Of a DNA stretch of 64,000 nucleotides, positions 1 to 9,534 are shown piece after piece. The stretch's first letter is position 1. Every line of letters starts with the position of its first letter. The stretch covers positions 90 through 64,089 of the forward strand of contig JACTMZ010000103.1 in the NCBI GenBank assembly GCA_014584375.1, written 5' to 3'. Under the pieces are notes generated by a model that was not told the DNA's origin, made no database searches, and saw only the letters and a program-made list of their open reading frames with translations. This stretch comes from Verrucomicrobiota bacterium. Its GTDB lineage: Bacteria > Verrucomicrobiota > Verrucomicrobiia > Chthoniobacterales > JACTMZ01. The position numbers and the translations under genes were made by a program.

Positions 1-2
1 TG

Positions 3-674
3 CCGATTACGGCGGAAGGCAAGCTGGCTCCCGGATGGGAGGGAGCCGTGAAAATTGAGGGTGTTTGGAATTACGATTGGGAGGACATTGCACTCGATTC
101 CAGAGGAAATCTGATCATTGCGGACACCGGAAATAATTCGGGGCGGCGCAAAGGCCTTCGGATTCATTTTGTCAACGAGCCCAAGCCGGGAATGGCTGCC
201 GTGCGTCCGACGCGGACACTGCGTGTTCATTTTGAGGATCAAAAGCAGGCTTCGCCGGATTATGATTGCGAGGCGGTTTTTGAGGTGGATGGAAAAATCT
301 TTTTTCTCACGAAGCATCGCAGTGACAGACGCACGCGGCTTTATCGCCTCGATGGGAAATCCGTCAAAAAATCCAATCCCCTTCGCTATGTGGATTCCTT
401 TGAAATCGGGGGAATGGTGACTGCCGCCGACACTTCGCCAAACGGCAGGCTTGTGGCGGTGCTCACATACACCGCGCTTTGGGTTTTTGAATATAATCCA
501 AAAACCGGAACAATTTTCGATCGCAGCGTCCGCAAGCTGCCGATTTTCGCCTGGCAGGCCGAGGCCGTGGCTTTCGATGGAAATGAATCCATCGTCATCG
601 GCAATGAGAACGGAGGTCTTTATCGCGTTCCGCTGTCCGATTTGAAGGATGTGGAAAAGCCGGGCGGCGCGTGA
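3..674 (+). CDS. hypothetical protein; N-terminus probably outside the window
   Basis: ORF-track 48..674 starts at GTG, but the same frame stays open back to base 3, so the gene likely begins upstream of the window. I recognised no diagnostic catalytic motif, only repeated strand-like segments (possibly beta-propeller-like). Confidence 0.45.
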   Translation, partial: PITAEGKLAPGWEGAVKIEGVWNYDWEDIALDSRGNLIIADTGNNSGRRKGLRIHFVNEPKPGMAAVRPTRTLRVHFEDQKQASPDYDCEAVFEVDGKIFFLTKHRSDRRTRLYRLDGKSVKKSNPLRYVDSFEIGGMVTAADTSPNGRLVAVLTYTALWVFEYNPKTGTIFDRSVRKLPIFAWQAEAVAFDGNESIVIGNENGGLYRVPLSDLKDVEKPGGA

Positions 675-677
675 AGT

Positions 678-1562
678 TCAGCGGGAGGACGCCGCGCGAT
701 GGAGATTTTTCCTTAAAAAATCGAGGGATTTTTTCCAGTCCGCCTCGGGCAGATGACTGACAATGTCATTATGCCCCGCGTCGCGCGCGACAATTGCCAG
801 CTTGGGGGCGAGGAATGAATCGTGGAGTTGTTGTCCGAATTTTGGAGGAACGATTTCATCGTTTTCCGCGATGAGAAAAACGGCGGGGCCCTTGTAATTT
901 TGCAACCATTCGGCGGCGGGAAATTTGTCGCGTAGAATCCATCGCACGGGCAGCAGCGGATAGTGGTGTTGGGCGACGGAGACAAGGCTGTCGAAGGGCG
1001 TCACCATGATGAGGCCCGCCGTGCGATCCGGATGTTGATGGGCCGCTCCTGCAGCGACTCCGGAACCGAGGGATTCGCCTAGAAGAATCAGCGGTTCGCC
1101 GACCGGCATGAGTGACAGTGCTTCGGAGGCTGCCGACAGCAGTGTTTTCTGTGAGGGGGATCCGGGACGCGCGCCGTATCCGGGATATTCGAGAATGTGG
1201 ATTGAGAGGGCGAGATTGGGTGCGGCGGCTTGAAGAATCGGAATATATGCGGCGCGATCAAGGGCGAATCCGGCGTTGCCGTGAAGAATGAGAATCGAAG
1301 TGCGGGGGCGGGGATCATTGGATGGAGCGACGTTGCGAAAACCGATGAGGGTGCCATCCGCATTCCGCCACGGCTCCAAATTTCGCAGGGCGGCTTCGCG
1401 AAGAAGATCGGATTCCTCGGCTTTGGCGGGAAAGTAAATCATGGAGCGTCCGGCGAATGAGAGAAAGACGACAAGCCCGAGCCATGCCAGCAAGGCTGTT
1501 GCCGCAATTTGCAGGATGCGTCGGAAAATCTGCGGCTGTTCGTCATGTCTCGACGCATCCAT
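678..1562 (-). CDS. membrane-anchored alpha/beta-fold hydrolase
   Basis: 294-aa ORF with an N-terminal hydrophobic helix. It carries an HGNAG motif, a GESLGSG nucleophile elbow (GxSxG) and a C-terminal DAGH histidine. Confidence 0.8.
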   Translation of the reverse strand: MDASRHDEQPQIFRRILQIAATALLAWLGLVVFLSFAGRSMIYFPAKAEESDLLREAALRNLEPWRNADGTLIGFRNVAPSNDPRPRTSILILHGNAGFALDRAAYIPILQAAAPNLALSIHILEYPGYGARPGSPSQKTLLSAASEALSLMPVGEPLILLGESLGSGVAAGAAHQHPDRTAGLIMVTPFDSLVSVAQHHYPLLPVRWILRDKFPAAEWLQNYKGPAVFLIAENDEIVPPKFGQQLHDSFLAPKLAIVARDAGHNDIVSHLPEADWKKSLDFLRKNLHRAASSR

Positions 1563-1568
1563 GACGTC

Positions 1569-2708
1569 TCAACTTCCGAAAAGCCGGATGTGCTCGCGGA
1601 GGAGGTAACGGTCCGTCATTCCCGCAATATAGTCACCGGCTGCACGGTGGAGTCCGCAGTTGGGGACGCGCCGGATTGCTTCCCGTCCGATTTGATCGGG
1701 ATCGTCAATGTAGCGGGCAAACACATCGGCGAGCATGTTGCAGGCGCGTTGGTTAGCTCCGGCGACCTTGGGATGAAAGTAAAGGTTGGCGTAGAGGAAG
1801 GAGCGGAGTTCGGATGTTTGACGTGCTCCGTCCTCGGTGTAGCCGATGAGCAGGGTGGGATGCCTGCGGACGTCGTCTGCCGATTGTACGCCACTGGAGA
1901 TGATGAGGGCGGCGCTGGCTTTGAGCACATCTTCGATAAGGTAATGTGACAGCACGCGAGCCAGGCTGAAACGGACTTCCCGGGCGTCAATTGCGGAGAG
2001 ATCAATTGCAGCGGATCGGGCGACACGTTCGCAAATTTCGATTTTCTTCAGGGCCGATGGCTCGATAAGTCCAGCCTCAATGCCATCCTGCAGGTCGTGT
2101 GTGTAATAGGAAATTTCGTCAGAGGCGTCGGCGATTTGCCCTTCGAGGCTGGCGCAGGCGTAGGTTCCCAGATCCGGCGCCGTTCGTAGCGTGGCGTGTT
2201 TTTGGACTCCCTCAAGAACTTCAAAGGTCAGATTAAGCCCGTCGCAATCAGGGTAAGGGCTTTCCAGCAGGGTCACCACGCGAAGGCTGTGTTCGTTGTG
2301 GTCAAAACCGCCGTGATCCTTCAGCAGACGATTGAGGGTTTCTTCGCCGGAGTGCCCGAAGGGCGAGTGTCCGAGATCGTGTGCGAGTGCGACGGCTTCG
2401 GCGAGATCCTCATTAAGTCCGAGCGAGCGCGCCAGGGTGCGGCTGATGGACGCCACTTCCATCGTGTGCGTCAGCCGGGTGCGGTAATGATCCCCTGCAT
2501 CGTTCAAAAAAACCTGGGTTTTGTATTCGAGGCGTCGAAAGGCGGCCGAGTGAATGATTCTTGCGGTGTCGCGTTGAAATTCCGTGCGGCGTGGATCGGG
2601 TTTGTGTGGATGAAGACGTCCGCGTGTTGCGGCAGAAAGCTGCGCAAAAGGCTCAAGGCGCAATTTCTCCCAATGCTCGGAGCGTTCGCGTGTGCAGGGA
2701 ATGGGCAT
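1569..2708 (-). CDS. dgt: dGTP triphosphohydrolase-like HD-domain protein
   Basis: Contains RTEFQRDxxRIxHSxAFRRLxxKTQVF and HxRLTHxxEV...AHDLGHxPFGH, the HD phosphohydrolase signature of the Dgt family. I moved the start to the internal ATG at 2708 (MPIPCT...) because the longer ORF (to 2873) would overlap the upstream ABC ATPase gene, which ends at 2713. Confidence 0.85.
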   Translation of the reverse strand: MPIPCTRERSEHWEKLRLEPFAQLSAATRGRLHPHKPDPRRTEFQRDTARIIHSAAFRRLEYKTQVFLNDAGDHYRTRLTHTMEVASISRTLARSLGLNEDLAEAVALAHDLGHSPFGHSGEETLNRLLKDHGGFDHNEHSLRVVTLLESPYPDCDGLNLTFEVLEGVQKHATLRTAPDLGTYACASLEGQIADASDEISYYTHDLQDGIEAGLIEPSALKKIEICERVARSAAIDLSAIDAREVRFSLARVLSHYLIEDVLKASAALIISSGVQSADDVRRHPTLLIGYTEDGARQTSELRSFLYANLYFHPKVAGANQRACNMLADVFARYIDDPDQIGREAIRRVPNCGLHRAAGDYIAGMTDRYLLREHIRLFGS

Positions 2709-2712
2709 GGAT

Positions 2713-3834
2713 TTAGTCCACCCGATTATTGGTGGCGGGGTCGAACAGGGTGATTTGCGCGGTTTCGGCGCGGAAGAGCATTCGGTGTCCGGCCTCCCGT
2801 GTGTTAATGGGGTGGCGGCTGCGGCAAATGAGCGTGTTGGCGCCGGTTTGCAGGTAGCAGATTGTCTCGGCACCGGTTGGTTCCACGATGTCTATGTGGG
2901 CGGGAAATGTGGCCGCGTCGGGAACATCGCCGGGCTGCAATGGCTGGATGTGTTCGGGGCGCAGACCGAGAAGAATCTGCTTGTTCACCAGCCGCCCGAT
3001 GTCCCGTGTCGGCGCCAGTTCGATTTCCGCAGATCCGCCGCCGGCCTCGCGGAAAACCAAACGGGACTCCTCCCGGGCGTGGAGCGTTCCCCGCAGAAAA
3101 TTCATGGAGGGACTGCCAAGAAAGCCCGCGACGTAGGTGTTGAGCGGTCTGTGATAAAGCTCCAGGGGCGCGCCGGATTGCTGGATTGCACCGTCTCGAA
3201 GCAGGACAATGCTCCCACCCATGGTCATGGCTTCGGACTGATCGTGCGTGACGTAGAGAATCGTGGTTTGGAGTCGCTGATGAAGTTTGATCAGCTCCGC
3301 CCGCATTTGTGCCCTCATTTTGGCATCGAGGTTTGAAAGGGGTTCGTCAAAAAGGAAAACCTTGGGTTGGCGGACGATGGCGCGCCCGAGTGCCACGCGT
3401 TGCTGCTGTCCGCCTGACATGTCGCGCGGCAGACGGTCGAGAATATCCTCAATGCCGAGGATTGCGGCGGCCTCCCGCACGCGACGGGAAACTTCGGCGG
3501 CTGGAAAGCGCCGCACACGGAGGCCGAAGGCAAGATTTTCACCTGCGGTCAGATGAGGGTAGAGCGAGTAATTTTGGAACACCATGGTGACGTCGCGGTC
3601 GCCGGGAGGGATGTGATTGACCACCGTTCCATTGATGAGAATTTTTCCATGGGTTGCGGATTCGAGTCCGGCCACCATGCGCAGCGTTGTGGTTTTACCG
3701 CAGCCCGAGGGGCCGAGCAGCACGACAAACGAACGATCCTCGACCTCCAGGGAGAGATCGAGTACGGCGGGAATCTCCTCTCCACGGCGACCGCGGTAGA
3801 TTTTGGTGACGTTTTGTAACGTGACGCTGGCCAT
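2713..3834 (-). CDS. sugar-type ABC transporter ATP-binding protein (MalK/UgpC/MsiK-like); no permease adjacent
   Basis: Walker A GPSGCGKTT, ABC signature LSGGQQQRVALGRA and Walker B VFLFDEPLSNLD, plus the C-terminal regulatory-domain length typical of MalK-type ATPases. Confidence 0.9.
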   Translation of the reverse strand: MASVTLQNVTKIYRGRRGEEIPAVLDLSLEVEDRSFVVLLGPSGCGKTTTLRMVAGLESATHGKILINGTVVNHIPPGDRDVTMVFQNYSLYPHLTAGENLAFGLRVRRFPAAEVSRRVREAAAILGIEDILDRLPRDMSGGQQQRVALGRAIVRQPKVFLFDEPLSNLDAKMRAQMRAELIKLHQRLQTTILYVTHDQSEAMTMGGSIVLLRDGAIQQSGAPLELYHRPLNTYVAGFLGSPSMNFLRGTLHAREESRLVFREAGGGSAEIELAPTRDIGRLVNKQILLGLRPEHIQPLQPGDVPDAATFPAHIDIVEPTGAETICYLQTGANTLICRSRHPINTREAGHRMLFRAETAQITLFDPATNNRVD

Positions 3835-3912
3835 GGGTGAACGGCGGCGAAGCGCGCAGCCGTTGGTGCATCATGCGGTGAGTTGGAGCCGGTGGCGAGG
3901 CGAAAGAAAGGA

Positions 3913-6354
3913 TCAACGAATTCGCACGGGCTTTAGTTTCCAAATGTCGCGCGCGTATTCGAGGATGGTGCGGTCGCTGGAGAATTTGCCGACACGCGCA
4001 GTGTTGAGCACCGCCATTTTTCCCCAGCGCGGCTTGTCGGTGAAAGCCTGTGAAACCGCTTCCTGGGCCTTGCGGTAGGATTCGAAGTCGGCGAGGCAAA
4101 GGAAGGGATCGTGATAGAGCAGATTGTCCCGAAGCGGAGCCAGCACATCGCGATTTTCCCCTTCGATGAAAAAGTCCGTTCCGAGTCCGTTGATGATTTC
4201 CGCCAGTTTGGGATTTTCGCGGCAGAACTGCTGCGGATTGTATCCGGCTGTCTGCAGGGCCCGCACTTGTTCGACGGTGTTGCCGAAGATGAAAATGTTG
4301 TCATCGCCGACTTCCTCGCGGATTTCGACATTGGCTCCGTCGAGGGTTCCGATGGTGATGGCGCCGTTGAGGGCGAGTTTCATATTGCCCGTGCCGGAGG
4401 CTTCCTTTCCCGCCGTGGAGATTTGCTCGGAGAGGTCGGCGGCGGGGACGATGCGCTGCGCGAGGGAGACGCGGTAATTGGGCATGAAGACGACCTTGAT
4501 TTTCCCCTTGATGCGGGTGTCGGCGTTGATTTTTGCGGCTGCGGAGTTGATTGCCTTGATGATGAGCTTTGCCATGTCGTATCCGGGGGCGGCCTTGGCG
4601 GCGAAGATGAACACGCGCGGCGGAATATCGAGATCAGGGTTTTCAATGAGTTGGCGATAGAGCCACAGAATGTGGAGCAAATTCAAATGCTGGCGCTTGT
4701 ATTCGTGCAGGCGCTTGATTTGCACATCGAACATTGCGGTGGGATCCACCTCGACGCCGCACTCCGCGTGGATGCGGGCGGCGAGCTTTTTCTTGTTGGC
4801 GAGTTTGACCGCCATGAACTCCTCGCGGAAAGAGGCGTCGTCCGCGAGAGGCTCCAGCTCGCGCAGTTTGGTGAGATTACGCTCCCAGCCGTCGCCGATG
4901 TGGCGGGTGATAAGGTCGGACAGGCGTGGATTGCAGGCCATCAGCCAACGTCGCGGCGTGATGCCATTGGTCTTGTTGTTGATTTTTTTCGGCCAGAGAG
5001 CGTGGAATTCGGGGAAGAGATCGGTCTTGATGAGCTGTGTGTGGATGGCCGCCACGCCGTTGACCGAATGGCTGCCGACGACGCTCAGATGGCCCATGCG
5101 GACCTTTTGATCGTGTCCTTCCTCAATGAGGGAGAGAACGCGTTTTTTTTCCACGTCCCCCGGCCACTTGGCCTCCACTTCATCGAGGAAGCGTTTGTTG
5201 ATTTCGAGGATAATTTGCAGGTGGCGCGGAAGAATTTTTCGGAAAAGTCCGACGCTCCATTGTTCGAGGGCTTCGGGCAGGAGGGTGTGATTGGTGTAGG
5301 CGAAGACGCGCGTGACAATATCCCACGCCTGTTCCCATGGCAGTCCCTGTTCATCGTGGAGCAGCCGCTGAAGTTCCGGAATTCCGATGGCTGGATGCGT
5401 GTCATTGAGCTGGATGGCGACCTTGTCAGGAAAGGTTTCCCAGCCCTTGTTGTCCTTCTCAAATCGGCGGATGATGTCGCGCAGCGAGCAGGCGGTGAAA
5501 AAGTATTGCTGGAGCAGACGGAGTTCCTTGCCCGCCTCGGTGGTGTCATTGGGATACAGAACCTTGCTGATGGTTTCCGCCATGTTTTTCTGTCGCACGG
5601 CCTCTTCGTAGCCGCCGCGATTGAAGGCTTCGAAATCGAACTCCTCCGGTGCTTCGGATTTCCACAGGCGCAGGAAATTGACCGTTTCGGTTCCATAGCC
5701 GGGGATGGGGATGTCGTAGGGGATTCCGATAAGCTTGCGAAAGCCGGTCCAGACCGGGCGCGGTTGTCCGGCGTCATCCGTCAGGGTTTCTACATGTCCG
5801 TAAACGGGGATTTCCTGCTGGTGTTGCGGGCGCACGATTTCCCACGGTGAGCCGAAGCGGACCCAGGCATCCGGCAGTTCGACTTGGAAACCGTTGCGGA
5901 ATTCCTGTTTGAAAAGTCCGTATTCGTAGTGGATACCGTAGCCGATGGCGGGGAGATCGAGGGTGGCGAGGGAGTCGAGAAAACAGGCGGCGAGGCGTCC
6001 GAGGCCGCCGTTGCCCAGCGCCATGTCATATTCCTCGTCACGCGTTTCCTCCAAGGGATGGCCGAGACTGTTGAGCGCGTCGGTGATTTGATCGAGAACA
6101 CCGGCGGCGATCATGTTGCTGACGAAGAGACGTCCCATGAGAAATTCCATGGAAAAATAATAGACGCGGCGCACGTTGCCCTCGTTGTGAACGGCGAGGG
6201 TTTTCATCATTCTCGCAATAATGATGCGCTGGATGGCCATGGATGTGGCAATCCACCATTCCCGCCGCGAGGCCGAAATGGAGTCGCGCGCCATGGAATA
6301 TTTCAGCTCGTCAATGATCTGCTGTTCAAACGTGATGGGCGAAGATTTCTTCAT
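3913..6354 (-). CDS. glgP: glycogen/alpha-glucan phosphorylase
   Basis: Contains the family motifs [16 protein letters not shown] and [15 protein letters not shown] (the PLP-lysine region). The ORF track extends to 6423. I prefer the ATG at 6354 ([11 protein letters not shown]...), but 6423 remains possible. Confidence 0.93.
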   Translation of the reverse strand: MKKSSPITFEQQIIDELKYSMARDSISASRREWWIATSMAIQRIIIARMMKTLAVHNEGNVRRVYYFSMEFLMGRLFVSNMIAAGVLDQITDALNSLGHPLEETRDEEYDMALGNGGLGRLAACFLDSLATLDLPAIGYGIHYEYGLFKQEFRNGFQVELPDAWVRFGSPWEIVRPQHQQEIPVYGHVETLTDDAGQPRPVWTGFRKLIGIPYDIPIPGYGTETVNFLRLWKSEAPEEFDFEAFNRGGYEEAVRQKNMAETISKVLYPNDTTEAGKELRLLQQYFFTACSLRDIIRRFEKDNKGWETFPDKVAIQLNDTHPAIGIPELQRLLHDEQGLPWEQAWDIVTRVFAYTNHTLLPEALEQWSVGLFRKILPRHLQIILEINKRFLDEVEAKWPGDVEKKRVLSLIEEGHDQKVRMGHLSVVGSHSVNGVAAIHTQLIKTDLFPEFHALWPKKINNKTNGITPRRWLMACNPRLSDLITRHIGDGWERNLTKLRELEPLADDASFREEFMAVKLANKKKLAARIHAECGVEVDPTAMFDVQIKRLHEYKRQHLNLLHILWLYRQLIENPDLDIPPRVFIFAAKAAPGYDMAKLIIKAINSAAAKINADTRIKGKIKVVFMPNYRVSLAQRIVPAADLSEQISTAGKEASGTGNMKLALNGAITIGTLDGANVEIREEVGDDNIFIFGNTVEQVRALQTAGYNPQQFCRENPKLAEIINGLGTDFFIEGENRDVLAPLRDNLLYHDPFLCLADFESYRKAQEAVSQAFTDKPRWGKMAVLNTARVGKFSSDRTILEYARDIWKLKPVRIR

Positions 6355-6492
6355 GGATTGAATAAGCGACGATATTGAAGCGACGGTTTGGCGCGAGGAA
6401 AAATTCCGGGTGAAATTTTGCAAGGCATCGGCATTCGCATGGATTTAGTCGCCGACTTTTCGGCGATCTGCTTAAAATCGCGCATTGTTTGC

Positions 6493-7518
6493 ATGAATAA
6501 AAAAAGCCTGCTCACCCTTCTGCAGATTTTGGTGACGCTTGTTTTGTTGTGGTGGGTTTTCCACGATCCGGACAAGCGCGCGCAGATGGGCGAAGCCTTG
6601 CGTGAGGCCGACTGGAAATGGCTGTGGCTGGGGGTGGTTGTGTTTTTTGTTTGTACTTATGTGGCGACGGTGCGCTGGAAGATATTGCTGTCGGTGCAGA
6701 ATATTCCGATGAGCTGGATGCGGGCATGGCAGCTGTTTATGATCGGCATGTTTTTTAATCTCTTCATGCTCGGCTCCACCGGCGGCGACGTGGTGAAAAT
6801 GTTTCTCACCATGCGCGAGACGCGAAACAACAAGGCGGCGGCATTGCTCACGGTGTTTATGGATCGCGTCATTGGCATGATGGCGCTGATTCTCATCAGC
6901 GTTGCGTTTTTATATTTTCGTTATGACGTTCTCAGTCACACGCCGGCGAGCGCCGCGTTGCTGCGGACTTTGCTGTGGCTTTTGGCGGCATCGATTGTGG
7001 TGATCGTGGGAATGTTTGCGATTTCCGGATTTGGATGGGCTCATTATTTGCCGTCGTGGACACCGATGCGCGGGCGCATTGTCGAACTTTCCGCCGCGTG
7101 CCATCTTTATGCGAAAACCTGGCGGCTTACCCTTTGGGCGTTTCTGATTTCCTTCCCGCTTTTTGCCCTGTTTTTCATCACGTTTTATTGCGCCGCACGG
7201 GCGTTCACCGATGATCTCGGGTTGGTGGATATTTTTTCGGTTCTGCCGATTGTTGCGGTCATTACGGCCATTCCCATCACCATTTCGGGAATCGGTCTGC
7301 GCGAAAGCTTGTTTGTCTCCCTGCTGGCCCCTTTTGGAATTTCCGCTGCGGTGGCGACGCTGATTTCCGTTGCCGGTTTTTTGATCAACACGATCGGCAG
7401 CCTTGCAGGCGGTCTTGTGTTTTTGCTTTATCGCTCCTCCACCCATGAGGCCGTCAACCTGCGGGACATGGCGCGGGAGGTTGAACGCGTGGAGAGTCAG
7501 ATGGAGCGCGATGAATGA
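6493..7518 (+). CDS. polytopic membrane protein, flippase-like / lysylphosphatidylglycerol-synthase TM-region family (UPF0104-type)
   Basis: About eight predicted TM helices, with the pattern MFFNLFxxGxxGGDVVK typical of this family. I moved the start to the ATG at 6493 (MNKKSLLTLLQ...); the 5' extension of the ORF has no coding look. Confidence 0.6.
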   Translation: MNKKSLLTLLQILVTLVLLWWVFHDPDKRAQMGEALREADWKWLWLGVVVFFVCTYVATVRWKILLSVQNIPMSWMRAWQLFMIGMFFNLFMLGSTGGDVVKMFLTMRETRNNKAAALLTVFMDRVIGMMALILISVAFLYFRYDVLSHTPASAALLRTLLWLLAASIVVIVGMFAISGFGWAHYLPSWTPMRGRIVELSAACHLYAKTWRLTLWAFLISFPLFALFFITFYCAARAFTDDLGLVDIFSVLPIVAVITAIPITISGIGLRESLFVSLLAPFGISAAVATLISVAGFLINTIGSLAGGLVFLLYRSSTHEAVNLRDMAREVERVESQMERDE

Positions 7519-8096
7519 AACTCCCGGAAATTACGTCCGCCTTTACCGTGTCATTTGACGGAAAAATCATTTGTCAAAAGCGGACGCCGGTGATGGGCCT
7601 GCTTGCGCGGCGGAAAAAGTCCGGGGGCGCACTGCGGGTGATTTTTTGCGGCGATGGAAGTCCGCTCCCGGAACTTTTTGACGCGCCTGCGGTGATATTT
7701 GCGACGAAAGACATGCCGGAATTTCGGCGGCGTGATTTAAAAAAAATCGCAAGTCTCCATGTGGAGCCGCGTGCAAAGAGGATCAATCTTCGACGCGCGT
7801 TGGAAATTTTGGCGCGGGATTACGGCGTGAGTTCGGTTCATTGCGATGGGGATGCAGCGTTGTTTCGCGAGATTGTCCTGCAGGATCTCGCGCAAACCCT
7901 GCGCGTCACTTTTGTTCCCCTGGTGCTTGGGGGCGCGAAGGCGTCCACCTTGCTGGGGCCAACGGTATCCGCTCTGCTTCCGCATTCGGTTCCGCTGCGA
8001 TTGAAAAGTTTTCGAAAATCAGGTGATCGGGCGATTGCTTCCTATGTGATTGGAGGAAAAAGTCAGGCGTCGGCCAATTCCCGGAGCAGGATCTGA
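7515..8096 (+). CDS. RibD C-terminal-domain-like reductase (dihydrofolate-reductase fold)
   Basis: 193 aa. The N-terminal TVSFDGKI motif and C-terminal VHCDGDAALFREIV...LRVTFVPLVLGG match the RibD_C pattern. The start overlaps the upstream stop by 4 nt. Confidence 0.5.
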   Translation: MKLPEITSAFTVSFDGKIICQKRTPVMGLLARRKKSGGALRVIFCGDGSPLPELFDAPAVIFATKDMPEFRRRDLKKIASLHVEPRAKRINLRRALEILARDYGVSSVHCDGDAALFREIVLQDLAQTLRVTFVPLVLGGAKASTLLGPTVSALLPHSVPLRLKSFRKSGDRAIASYVIGGKSQASANSRSRI

Positions 8097-9430
8097 TGCA
8101 GACGGATGCCCGCTTCGAAGTTTTCGAGCGGAAAGTTTTCATCCGGGGCATGGGCCCGGCAATCCGGCGCGGCGAGGCCGAGCAGAAGAGTTTCGCAGCC
8201 GAGGAGTTCGCGGAAGGTTTGGACGATGGGAATGCTTCCTCCTTCGCGCATAAGGGCGGGGGGGCGCCCGAATACTTGTTCGAGGGCGCGCAGGGCGGCG
8301 GCGCACCATGGACTGCGCGTATCCATGACATAAGGCATTCCGCTGTGGCCCCGCACAATTTCCATTTCGACGCTGGCGGGCTGATGATTGCGGAGGTGGA
8401 TGGCGACGAGATCGAGGATGCGGGAGGGTTTTTGACAGGGAACAAGCCGGAAGGTCAGTTTGGCTGAGGCTTGCGCGGGAAGGACGGTTTTTGTGCCTTC
8501 GCCCTGGTAGCCGCTGGTGAGACCGTTGATTTCCGCCGTCGGACGAATCCCGATGCGTTCGAGGGTGGTGAAACCGGGTTCGCCGGTGAGCAGAAGCGCG
8601 CCGGTTTCCCGTTGAAAATCCACTTCATCAAGCGGCAGTGCCGCCAGCGCCGCCCGTTCCGCAGGAGTGGGGGGCGTTACGTCGTCATAAAATCCCGGCA
8701 CGGCGACGCGGCCCTCATCATCGTGCAGCAGGGAGAGGAGGCGGACAAGGGCAGCGGCGGGATTTGCCACCGCACCGCCGAAAACGCCGGAATGCAGATC
8801 CATGGAGGGGCCCCGGACGATGACTTCCATGGCGGCGATGCCGCGCAGACTTTGGGTGAGGGTCGGCCAGCCTTGCGCCACCATGCCGGTGTCGGAAACC
8901 GCGATAATATCGCAGCGCAGTTCATTGCGGCGGGCGCGAATGAACTCGGCAAGATTGACGCTCCCAACTTCCTCCTCACCTTCGATGAGAAAAACAAGAT
9001 TCACTGGCAGGGAGCCTTCCGCCTGCAACAGGCGAATCGCGCCAAGAATGTGCGCAAGAATCTGCCCTTTGTTGTCGGTGGCTCCCCGCGCAAAAATGCG
9101 TTTGTTGCGAATGACGGGGTCAAAGGGGGGCGATGTCCAAAGATTCAGCGGGTCCGCCGGCTGTACATCGTAGTGCCCGTAAATAAGAACCGTTTTCCGC
9201 CCCGGAACATGCGGCCCTTTCGCCAGAACAGCCGGATGTCCTCCGGTTTCCGCCACTTCGGCGGTGAATCCGCCCTCGTTCAACAGCCGCCGAAGCCAGT
9301 CTGCACAGGAGTGCATTTCGGATGCTTTGTCGGGATTTGTGGAAATACTGCGAAAGCGAAGAAATTCAAAAAGAAGATCCAAATCGGACTTTGTATGCGG
9401 TGAAACGGTTGAAGAGGAGGGGGATGTCAT
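8063..9430 (-). CDS. M20-family metallopeptidase (dipeptidase/ArgE-DapE-CPG2 type)
   Basis: Contains HYDVQP, ARGATDNKGQ and LIEGEEEVGS metal-binding motifs typical of M20 peptidases. I moved the start to the ATG at 9430 (MTSPSSS...). Confidence 0.85.
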   Translation of the reverse strand: MTSPSSSTVSPHTKSDLDLLFEFLRFRSISTNPDKASEMHSCADWLRRLLNEGGFTAEVAETGGHPAVLAKGPHVPGRKTVLIYGHYDVQPADPLNLWTSPPFDPVIRNKRIFARGATDNKGQILAHILGAIRLLQAEGSLPVNLVFLIEGEEEVGSVNLAEFIRARRNELRCDIIAVSDTGMVAQGWPTLTQSLRGIAAMEVIVRGPSMDLHSGVFGGAVANPAAALVRLLSLLHDDEGRVAVPGFYDDVTPPTPAERAALAALPLDEVDFQRETGALLLTGEPGFTTLERIGIRPTAEINGLTSGYQGEGTKTVLPAQASAKLTFRLVPCQKPSRILDLVAIHLRNHQPASVEMEIVRGHSGMPYVMDTRSPWCAAALRALEQVFGRPPALMREGGSIPIVQTFRELLGCETLLLGLAAPDCRAHAPDENFPLENFEAGIRLHQILLRELADA

Positions 9431-9534
9431 GACACTATGTATTGTGTGGGGTGGGGGGATTGACCACCATTTGTTGTGCATAGGGTTGCAAATTCCGCCG
9501 GGAACCATATACATTAGGTTGGAATTTTTTCCCC

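Noticed and set aside
4111-5850. A 579-aa plus-strand ORF.
   Set aside because: It is antisense to glgP, which has unambiguous phosphorylase motifs. It is a shadow ORF.
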